Both the position numbers and the translations under genes were made by a program. From NCBI GenBank assembly GCA_002269645.1, contig NIVC01003217.1, forward strand, positions 46,559 to 110,558: 64,000 bases of DNA, written 5' to 3'. Of this stretch, positions 54,283-64,000 are shown piece after piece; position 1 is the first letter of the stretch; every line of letters starts with the position of its first letter. Under the pieces are notes generated by a model. It did no database searches. It saw nothing but the letters and a program-made list of their open reading frames with translations, and was not told the DNA's origin. The DNA is from Macrostomum lignano (lineage: Eukaryota).

Positions 54283-56780
54283 GCCCCCCCGCCCCGCCAA
54301 CCTTATAATTAGTGGCCATTATCTCGGGAAAGTGGTCAAACTGCCTGGCAACACCGGCAAGGCTGCCCGAGTTGAGAGCGGACACAGCGGACACGTACAG
54401 TGCCACGGACACGGGGGCCATGATTAGCTGATCGGCGGCAACCATCTTCAATACTCGGTGACTTTGATTAGCGAACCTGTGCGACAGGAAATGATACCAC
54501 TTGTTCAGCATGGGGCCCTGCGATTGGTTTAAAAAAATTTAATTTAAACAGTGATTTAAAAATAATGTGAAGAATTTGCATCAATGAGGCTTATAGGTCT
54601 AGTATCTAGATCCGGAATCATTATTTTGAACATTATGCGGCTTATGACCTACGGGTCATAGAGCCAGATAAGTCACGAATACAAGGTGGGTGATGACCTG
54701 TGGGACATAGAAATCAGATAAGTCATAGACACACGGTGGGTCATGACCTGTGGGACATAGAAACCAGACAAGTCATAGACACACGGTGGGTCATGACCTG
54801 TGGATCATAGAAATCAGAAGATAAGTCATGAACAGTAGGTGGGTCATAGAAATCAGATAAGTAATTCTATGACCCACAGGTCATAGAATGACCCACAGGT
54901 CTAATGATGAACATTAGATGGGTCATGACCTGTGGGTCAAAATGTTAATTTATCACTAGACACGAAGTTACTAATGCATTAAAATAAAAAAATTTCTGCT
55001 CATTTTTCAACACTGGAACTTACTATACTACTAACAAATCTATAAAGCGCGCATGTACCTTCAAAAAGAAGCTTCTGTTGATAAGTCAGGAAAACAACTG
55101 TTTACGGAAATGTGCGCCATTAAAAATTATTAAAAGCAATTAAAAGTAGGCAATGTTTCCGTTTTATTAATCGGAAATACTTTCTTTTCAGTAAGCATAG
55201 CACAGAGAGACCGGTATATCTAAATACGATATGAACATTTCATAAATTTTATCTTCTTGCCCTCTGTGTAATTTTTCATACTAACTTGTACAATAAAAGT
55301 GATTCTCGGAGTGGTAATTCGGGGCGATTTTGGGGCGGACTAGGGGCGATTCTTGGGGTGGATTGGGGACGATTCTTGGGGTGGATTAGGGGTGATTCTT
55401 GGGGTGGATTGGGGACGATTCTTGGGGTGGATTAGGGGTGATTCTTGGGGTGGATTGTAGGCGATTCTTCGGGTGGATTAGAGACGATCCTTGGAGTGAA
55501 TTAGGGGCGATTCTTGGGGTGGATTAGCGGCGATTCTTGGGCTGGATTAGGGGCGATTCTTGAGGTAGATTAGGGGCGATTCTTGGGGTGGATTAGGAAG
55601 GATTCTTTGGACGGATTAGGGGCGATTCTTGGGGTGGATTAGGGAGGATTCTTTGGACGGATTAGGGGCGATTCTTGGGGTGGATTAGGGAGGATTCTTT
55701 GGACGGATTAGGGGCGATTCTTGGGGTGGATTAGGGAGGATTCTTTGGACGGATTAGGGGCGATTTTTGGGGTGGATTAGGAAGGATTCTTTGGACGGAT
55801 TAGGGGCGATTTTTGGGGTGGATTAGGAAGGATTCTTTGGACGGATTAGGGGCGATTTTTGGGGTGGATTAGGGAGGATTCTTTGGACGGATTAGGGGCG
55901 ATTTTTGGGGTGGATTAGGAAGGATTCTTTGGACGGATTAGGGGCGATTCTGGGTGGATTAGGAAGGATTCTTTGGACGGATTAGGGGCGATTTTTGGGT
56001 GGATTAGGAAGGATTCTTTGGACGGATTAGGGGCGATTCTGGGGTGGATTAGGAAGGATTCTTTGGACGGATTAGGGGCGATTTTTGGGGTGGATTAGGA
56101 AGGATTCTTTGGACGGATTAGGGGCGATTCTTGGGGTGGATTAGGGAGGATTCTTTGGACGGATTAGGGGCGATTCTTGGGGTGGATTAGGGAGGATTCT
56201 TTGGACGGATTAGGGGCGATTTTTGGGGTGGATTAGGAAGGATTCTTTGGACGGATTAGGGGCGATTTTTGGGGTGGATTAGGAAGGATTCTTTGGACGG
56301 ATTAGGGGCGATTCTTGGGGTGGATTAGGGAGGATTCTTTGGACGGATTAGGGGCGATTTTTGGGGTGGATTAGGAAGGATTCTTTGGACGGATTAGGGG
56401 CGATTTTTGGGGTGGATTAGGAAGGATTCTTTGGACGGATTAGGGGCGATTCTGGGGTGGATTAGGAAGGACTCTTTGGACGGATTAGGGGCGATTCCTT
56501 AAACCGATATATTATCCCATACTGGGTGATAGAACAGATGAAGAACCAATCTTTCAATCTATTGCTAAGCCAAAAGCAAACTCACATAAGCGCAGGCACC
56601 CAACAAGAAAACCTTGGCTGTTCTGCGAAAACTCATTGTCCGATAGCCGTACCCCTCCAGACTCTGGGCAGCCACATCTCCGACGCCCATCAGCACTCCG
56701 GTTGTCAGGGCGGGCGTAACAACAGGATGCGTCCTTAGCAACCGATCGTAACCAATCCATGCTCGTTTCAACAGTGCCAT
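48305..56780 (-). CDS. MPV17: MPV17 mitochondrial inner membrane protein (211 aa). Exons 56780-56586, 54517-54302, 48624-48572, 48476-48305
   Basis: [51 protein letters not shown]|[16 protein letters not shown]|[20 protein letters not shown] match the Mpv17/PMP22 family. Intron phases 0/0/2 give 636 nt in frame. Confidence 0.92.
48673..48860. repeat. (GACA)n microsatellite with gacatgca variants
   Basis: Direct observation in MPV17 intron 2. Confidence 0.97.
48866..54029. mobile_element. Candidate non-autonomous TIR element (~5.2 kb) embedded in (GACA)n
   Basis: ctgtctgtgtgttta-gcg-ggacc (48866-48888) versus ggtcc-aag-taaacacacagacag (54007-54029). Subterminal ggtggacc/gctggacc motifs appear inverted at the right end. 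No clear TSD. Confidence 0.55.
49670..52510. repeat. Higher-order tandem repeat: long units starting agagttgcttgcgtcactcgtctgcatc, interleaved with ~65-bp aaacagactggctcagttgcgtcagt...ttagctggacc subunits
   Basis: The long unit recurs near 49675, 50170, 50930, 51400 and 52063. Confidence 0.9.
54033..54283. repeat. (GACA)n microsatellite
   Basis: Same orientation and same gacatgca variant as 48673-48860. Confidence 0.97.
54645..54940. repeat. Degenerate ~46-bp repeat (tcatgacctgtgggacatagaaatcagataag)
   Basis: Direct and partly inverted copies in MPV17 intron 1. Confidence 0.75.
55318..56497. repeat. 23/46-bp G-rich minisatellite (ggattaggggcgattcttggggt)
   Basis: Direct repeats in MPV17 intron 1. 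Confidence 0.95.
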
Positions 56781-57844
56781 CTTGTTTATGTCATCCAAAG
56801 TCCAGTTGAATTATATCCGCCGTAGAGCCAAATCATTCGCGCTGGGAAAAATCGCAATAAGTGGTGTCTATTATTTTCATTAAAAAAATTGCCACGGCCT
56901 AAACTAACGATATGTATCGTAAAACAGTTTTACAACATGCAACATAAGTGTTACGAGCTAGCAGAAAGTGAATAATGGAATGGGAGACTTTATTGCTTAG
57001 AAACTTTTGAAGGCTGGTTTTGTATCGTTAAATTAAAAGTACAAGCAAAACGCACAAAAGCAATTCTGTAACGCACTGGGCCCAGGCCTAACTGTAATAT
57101 TTTTTAAGTCTAAAATTACACTTGCGCTATCTGCCAACATTATGGTGGTATTTGGTCATTTCTAAAAATACACGACAGCTAATGAGACATAAAGCTATCT
57201 ACTAGCCTTATCAACACAAAAACAAACAAACAGATTAACAAGTTAGTCTATAATTTTGAAATGAAACTTCTTTTAAAAGAGTGGTGCATTGCATTTGCCA
57301 CTTTATGTTATTAATATATTTATATAACTATTTGATGTACAACACCCAAAGCATAGATTGCCGTTTTGATTTCAAATTAAAACGGGCATTAACAAGCTGC
57401 AAAGCAATAACAGAGAGTCTCGGCAGAGCGAAGAGATATATGTAGAATTGTAGATTATAGAAGAAACTGAGGGGTAGAACAGATTGCTAGCATGTCTTTT
57501 TTTCTATAAGTCTTTTCTCTCGCTTTGTTGCCTGGCCTATGCAAAAGCAGACTAAACAAAAAAGAGATAGGTAATAACGGGATCATAAATCAATAAGTTC
57601 TACTATGGTAGATGTCTACTTTTAAGAAATAAAGCACATAGAAGACTTATTTAAAGAAGAAAACAAAATCCGTACAGTACACGCAGTTCATGAGAATTGA
57701 GAACAATCAAAACTGTCCGTACTGTTTGTTAATTTTATTTCATTTTTGCACGGATTAAAGAATTTGAAATAAAAGAACGGCCAATAGAAACGATTTGATC
57801 TGCAAGTCTGAACTCAATATTACAGGTTTTCTCTTTTGATGTAT

Positions 57845-58652
57845 TCAGGGCGATGTTTTAGATGGGTTCGAGGCGATTCGTGGGCTGGATTAGGGGCGAT
57901 TCTTGGGCTGGATTGGGGCGATTCCTGAGGTGGATTGGGGGCGATTCTTGGCTGGATTGGGGGCGATTCTTGAGGTGGATTGGGGCGATTCTTGGGCTGG
58001 ATTAGGGGCGATTCTTGAGGTGGATTGGGGCGATTCCTGAGGTGGATTGGGGGCGATTCTTGGGCTGGATTGGGGGCGATTCTTGAGGTGGATTGGGGCG
58101 ATTCTTGGGCTGGATTAGGGGCGATTCTTGGGGTGGACTAGGGGCGATTCTTGAGGTGGATTAGGGGCGATTCTTGGGTGGACTAGGGGCGATTCTTGGG
58201 TGGATTAGTGACGCTTCTTGGGACGTATTAGGGGTGATTATTGGGTTGGATTAGAGACGCTTCTTGGGACGGATTAGGGGTGATTATTGGGGTGGATTAG
58301 GGGCGATTCTTGGGGTGGACTAGGGGCGATTCTTGGGGTGGACTAGGGGCGATTCTTGAGGTGGATTAGGGGCGATTCTTGGGGTGGACTAGGGGCGATT
58401 CTTGAGGTGGATTAGGGGCGATTTTTGGGGGGGACTAGGGGCGATTCTTGGGCTGGATTAGAAGGCGATTCTTGGGGTGGATTAGAGACGCTTCTTGGGA
58501 CGGATTAGGGGTGATTATTGGGTTGGATTAGAGACGCTTCTTGGGACGGATTAGGGGTGATTATTGGGGTGGATTAGGGACGCTTCTTGAGACGGATTAG
58601 GGGCGATTCTTAGGGTAGATTAGGGGCGATTCTTGAGGTGGATTAGGAGCGA
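57845..58652. repeat. Second array of the ggattaggggcgattcttggggt family
   Basis: Same unit as 55318-56497, upstream of MPV17. Confidence 0.93.
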
Positions 58653-59271
58653 ATTTATCAAAATTAAACATAGGCAATTTAAACAAAACATAAAACTGCT
58701 AATTAAGTGTGCACGGATTAAATTATAGACTCAGAGAAACAGGCAACAGAAGAGGCAAAGCAAGAAAGCAATCGATTCAATGTTTCGGTAGTAAAATCGC
58801 ATAAACCCACCAAGTGCGTGAATCTTCAGTTAGCATACATTAGAAATAAAATGAATAAGTATTGCCAGGTTCAAGCAGCCGGAGCTTGCACTTATGTAAG
58901 TAGGAGCTTAAAAAATGGGAATAAAATACATTAAAAAAGAATCAATCAATAAAACATTATACTACTTATGAAACGATACATACTAGTATTTATATAGGTA
59001 GTAATCTGTGCCAAATAAAAATATAAAGAAGCATTATATATAGACTTCTATTACTCCTAACTACAAAGATTGTACAGGCATAGAAGAATGACAGCATTGA
59101 GAATTCAAAATTATTTTATACTATAGATAAAAACAAACTCAAGAGAAGCGATAGAAATCTGTGTTTTGTTCGATGGCATACATGCGCAACACCCCTCCCC
59201 CCCATTTTACACATTCGACCGGCTTTTTGACCAAAAATGCGACTAACCTAAGAAAGAAAAAACGTAATTTA

Positions 59272-59335
59272 GGGTAAACGGCAGGAGTAACTATGACTGT
59301 ATTTTATAGGCTAAATGCCTCGTCATCTAATTAGT
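59272..59335 (+). pseudogene. Isolated 64-bp 28S rRNA fragment (helix 69-71 region)
   Basis: GGGTAAACGGCAGGAGTAACTATGACT (26/27 match) and AAATGCCTCGTCATCTAATTAGT (23/23) match the conserved eukaryotic LSU sequence as recalled, with correct spacing. The central 14 nt are diverged. Confidence 0.8.
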
Positions 59336-59599
59336 ACTACAGCTGAGTGTTGCGCTTGTATTTATAGTTTTTATAGGCAATTGTTGGAACATTTCCAATT
59401 AATAAAAAATTACTAACAACCCTTAGACCCTTGTAAATTGTTTATATTGCAAGAGCGCTGGGAACTCTTTACTGAAAGTTAAAGAAAAAAGTACCAATGC
59501 TCGCAGTTCTGATATTGGATGTTTTGCAATTTTTTTGCTTAAAAACATTTTTTTACTGATAAAAAGTGCCATTCTGTCTGTCTGTCTGTCTGTCAATTT

Positions 59600-60986
59600 T
59601 CAAGCGCGCAGAAACGATGTCAGTGATGCAATGGCCAGCCCAGCGCCGGCTACTGTCAGTAGTCTAGTTAGCACACCGCTATCGTTGTTATTATTATTTG
59701 GCCCATTGCCAAGGCCACCAGATTCGCCGTCGTTATAGAAGCGGATCAGGCCAAGCTGCAGGAGAATAAAAAATATTTATACTCATTTTGTTTTACTAAA
59801 TAAAGTAATTTCTGTCAGAGAACCCAAGCTGGTTCCACTCAGAGCGCACCCACATTCATTTGGGGTTTGTTCGGAGGCGATTTCATATCTCCGACACTTC
59901 GCATCTCCGACACGTCATATCTACGACATTTCATATCTCCGACACTTCATATCTCCGACACTTCATATCTCCGACACTTCGCATCTCCGACACTTCGCAT
60001 CTCCGACACTTCGCATCTCCGACACTTCATATCTCCGACACTTCATATCTCCGACACTCCATATCTCCGACACTTCGCATCTCCGACACTTCATATCTCC
60101 GACACTTCATATCTCCGACACTCCATATCTCCGACACTTCATATCTCCGACACTCCATATCTCCGACACTTCATATCTCCGACACTTCATATCTCCGACA
60201 CTTCATATCTCCGACACTCCATATCTCCGACACTTCATATCTCCGACACTCCATATCTCCGACACTTCGCATCTCCGACACTTCATATCTCCGACACTTC
60301 ATATCTCCGACACTCCATATCTCCGACATGTCATACCTCCGACAAGCCTAACCCTAAGCCTAATTCTAACGGAGATATAAAGTTCCAAGGATATGAAAGA
60401 CCACTTGTGCACTTCGTGCATCTAAGAAACAATAGGATTGAAGCCACTCACCCAGCCGCCATTCTGATTGATCCACTGCAGCACTCGCTTATCAACGTAC
60501 TCCACTGACCAGTCGCAGACTTCAGCAGCCGTCACCCCGCTGATCCCCTGGCGTTGGCACTGGCTGAGGAACATAGAGCCGAACACAAAGATAGTAACAA
60601 CCCGACCCCAATTGCAATTATCAACGAAGACATTGTCTAGCACTTGTCTGAAACTGTCTCTGGACAATTGGCGTCGATAACCCAATTGGATCTGAGGTCG
60701 TTTAGCTTCTCTCGATATCTCAACTCGTAGTCGCTTGTGAGGCCAATCACTGCGAAGACAACTCTTGCATCAGGGGACTGTTGCTGCTTTTGCCGTTTTG
60801 CTGCTTCTGCTGGGCATGCCGATAATAACTGCCGTTTGAGGCTGCTTGGAATCGAACATTGCTGCTGGCACTTTTCTGCAGGTAGACAGTCATTAATTCG
60901 CGAAAGATTTCCCGATCTCCATCGTTGGAAGCTCCTCCATTGCTGCCGCCGCCGCTGCTACTAGAAGAGGAAGCCTGACCAGCCAT
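59600..60986 (-). pseudogene. BCL-2-family (BCL-xL-like) gene with two apparent -1 frameshifts (pseudogene or assembly error). Exons 60986-60452, 59755-59600
   Basis: BH4-like DREIFRELMTVYLQK in one frame, BH3-like VIGLTSDYELRYREKLNDL in a second, BH1 SFRQVLDNVFVDNCNWGRVVTIF and BH2 WINQNGGW in a third. Phase-0 intron after GGW; final exon LGLIRFY... ends in a tail-anchor TM. Confidence 0.8.
59880..60335. repeat. 16-bp minisatellite (ttcatatctccgacac)
   Basis: Fills the intron of the BCL-2-like gene. Confidence 0.95.
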
Positions 60987-62821
60987 GGGCTGCAAGCGGT
61001 TAGTTGGCCTGCAATGCGAGCGAGTCCGGCAAGATTAATATCAAAATAATGTATAATGATTTATGCATTAAATGAGCAAGGTAAACAGGCTGCAGTGTAC
61101 ACTGCTATCAGCTATGTGGGTTTCTGGTCCACTTACCCAGTCTGACCCAGGGTAGACGACAGAACTACTGTCATAGCTTCAAATCGGCTTAGATAGGTAA
61201 AGATTTGACTCAAAGTTAGGCGAAGAGAAAAAGTAGAACATTACGTAGCAATACTTGGGGCCTTTTATATGCAACAGTGAGGGGTCAGAGTCCAACGGGT
61301 CAATCTCTTTCTAGATCGCTATCTTGCCAGCCAATGACGAGTGATCTAATAATAAAAGAACAAAATTAAATACAAATATTTAATTTAATATTTTACTCTC
61401 AAAAAGCTGCGCTTATCTACTCATTATTTAGTAGCAAAGTTAGCGTTTTTTGCACTTTTGCACTTTACAATCTACAAGAACTAAAGATGGTTGAAAAACT
61501 GGAAAAAGCCTAATATCTTTTGTAAAAGCGCGTTCTGTTACTTTAGCTCGTATAAAGCCAGACCAATAAACAGGTTTCTTCTCACCTGCATATGTTTAAC
61601 ATTGACCTCTTTCCTTACTGCTTTTTTATTAGCTAAGCTAGATTGGCCTGCCGCCTAGGTTGACTTTATCCTTTTTGCATTCACTTGTGTATACCACTCT
61701 CATTATAGAACTTCATTTCTATTAAGTGATTGTAAGCTTATAAGATGAAGTGAGGGGGTGCGTGCATGTTTTGAGCTACCTGAACATATTAACTAAGCCT
61801 TATATTACATAATATATTACATATTACAATACAATATACAATACAAATACAATTACTATATATGACCTTTTTTGAATAAAGTACATTGCCTTTTTCATTT
61901 TCAATGGGGATTGTAAAATGAAACTAAATAAAATTGGGGATTGCAAGATGAAAGAATGCCAGTTCACCTTGCTGAAAAGTGTGGATATTTTTTCAATTAA
62001 GCATAGAGTGCAAGGTTATAAAAGATGCAATCTGTCTTATGTAGATTTTCTTGAATTTAAGGTACACTAGAAACTACATTGACACTATTAATCATGTCCA
62101 TTGCATATATACATAGACAAAGGCTACAGAACCCCTGTCAATAGGCCACTAATATAAATCTAGATTGCATTGCCATTTTCAACCATAGACCTGCCCTTGC
62201 ACCTGACAGACTACTTTTGATAGTTTTTTAATAGCAATATTCAACAAAGGAATATTGTACTGGTCATTCTATGCCAACCTTGATGTCTATTAGTAGGCTA
62301 GCAAGGACATTTGTAACATATGCCCTGCTCAACTTTGTATTGCAGAATTGTAACACTAGTAAATGACCTATCTACTATAGCTTATTAGATTAGATTGTAT
62401 TTATAAAAATTAATATATTCTGTTACTTTATAAAAACTATTGTTGAAAGCTTCTTCTATGTTTCAATGCAAGCACAACAATAAAAAATGGCTAGACAAAT
62501 AAGATTGCAACATTGATCAAAGCTTTGAGCTTTGTTGACTATTGCTACTAATTAGGCCTAGAGACAATGCTCCCAAAGAATTTCTAAATAAAGCAGCCAA
62601 GCTCTTTTGCAAGAGACCTAAGCTGCAGAATTTAGCCAAATTAGAGCCTTTTATTTGCTAATAGTATTAGAAGAAATAGGCCTTTTTGAACTTAGTAAAG
62701 CATACTTAATAAAATACTAGCAAAGTGCACTAAGGTCTCATATCCTATTTTTCGAATACAAGAAATAATTATACAAAAAGTAAATTTAATCTTAGATATA
62801 TAGTTGTAATTTAACTATTAT

Positions 62822-63195
62822 TAAGGGGGGCCGTAGCCCAGCGGTAGCGCAGCTGCTCTGGTGTGCCAGCGACCCAGGCTCGATTCCAAGTGCAGCCACA
62901 TTAATTTGGGGCTGAATTGGAATTTCGGCTTGGCTCTGCTCGTACAATTAACAGCCTTGAGAGCCAACCCCCCCCCCCAAGGCGCAGTGAAGTGTAAATG
63001 CCTAACAATTGATAAAGTTAGGGCCACTGTACACTCCTGTGTGAGTGTGTGCCTGCGTATGTATCCCCGCGCTTGTATGCCTGCTCAGGGGAGTCGGCAG
63101 AATGGGCAGTAATGCCTCTCACCGGTTGTGTGCCTATGTCGCTTAAAGTGCGCCAGGGTGCACACAACCCCCTGCCTCTCATAAAAAATTAAAAA
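62822..63195 (+). mobile_element. tRNA-derived SINE (~370 bp)
   Basis: A box TAGCCCAGCGG (62834-62844), B-box-like GGCTCGATTCC (62877-62887), A-rich tail, and candidate 14-bp TSD aatttaactattat / aatttaaccattat (62808-62821 and 63196-63209). Confidence 0.72.
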
Positions 63196-64000
63196 AATTT
63201 AACCATTATAACTTTTTTCATAAGTAAAAGGAAGTCAATGACCAATATTCAATAATTGACCAATCATAATATGTTTTGCCTTTGCAACAATATATTGGAA
63301 CTGTATCATTGGACAAACTTCTCTGTGGCACACAATGCAGTTGTTCCTCATTATAGTATCCATATAAAACTAGTAAACTTATAACAAAGACCCAGGAATC
63401 ATACAAAAGCCTATATTAGAATAGACAGATAAACTATAATAATGTGGATGTCTATGACTTCCTTTTCTTTCTATATATCCAGCTAAGTGAATTAGTGTAG
63501 ACATATTCCTTTGCAGTGACAAAAGTAATTGAAATGCATAAAAAATTGCATAGAACATACTCAGTCTCCAGTGCCAAAGCTCTATCACCAAGATAATTTT
63601 CAGAGTTTTAAAATAAAAAACAAATTAAAAGTATATACAAATAGATTCTGCTGCCATTTGTATCAGAAGTAAATAATATATTAAATGAATACCCATACTA
63701 GTTAGACAAGACAACTTAAGAGATTTCTATACATGTGCAAACTAAACATTAGCATTTATTGTTCTTATGCACAAGGCCTAATTATATTATATACATGTAA
63801 ATGTAGATTTGTATGATATTGATATTGATCACTATAACTAAGATAAAAACAAAATGATTGCCCCTAAATTGCATACCCAACAATTATTATTAATAGCTAT
63901 TTGTAGTCACTTTGTGCAATTGTGGTAGGGCAATCTACCATTTGGCTTAGATAATGACTCATGCAGTGATGATGCCCTACCAGTGGTTTTCCTCATCCTT

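Noticed and set aside
55318-56497. Interstitial telomere
   Set aside because: TTAGGG occurs only once per 23-bp unit and never as tandem (TTAGGG)n.

Overview
Eukaryotic (metazoan) genomic DNA. Exons are GC-rich and almost every intron carries its own minisatellite. This style resembles the free-living flatworm Macrostomum lignano, but that is an inference. Genes I reconstructed by hand from splice sites and reading frame: the 3' part of a YTHDC2-like DExH helicase (+) whose YTH domain is degenerate; two convergent syntaxin-6-N/transmembrane paralogues with no SNARE motif; IPMK (-); an intronless cystinosin (+); a MYORG-like GH31 glycosidase (-); MRPL51 (-), preceded by two small membrane-protein ORFs that may share one transcript with it; MPV17 (-); and a BCL-2-family gene (-) with two -1 frameshifts. 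IPMK intron 1 holds a young 3.4-kb Ty3/gypsy LTR element encoding gag, protease and integrase but no RT/RNase H, plus a CORE-SINE. Other mobile DNA: a 1.7-kb TIR element with a TA duplication, a 5.2-kb candidate TIR element inside a (GACA)n microsatellite, and a second tRNA-derived SINE. A 64-bp 28S rRNA fragment is diverged only across the R2/I-PpoI target site. Most long ORFs in the supplied track are translations of tandem repeats.
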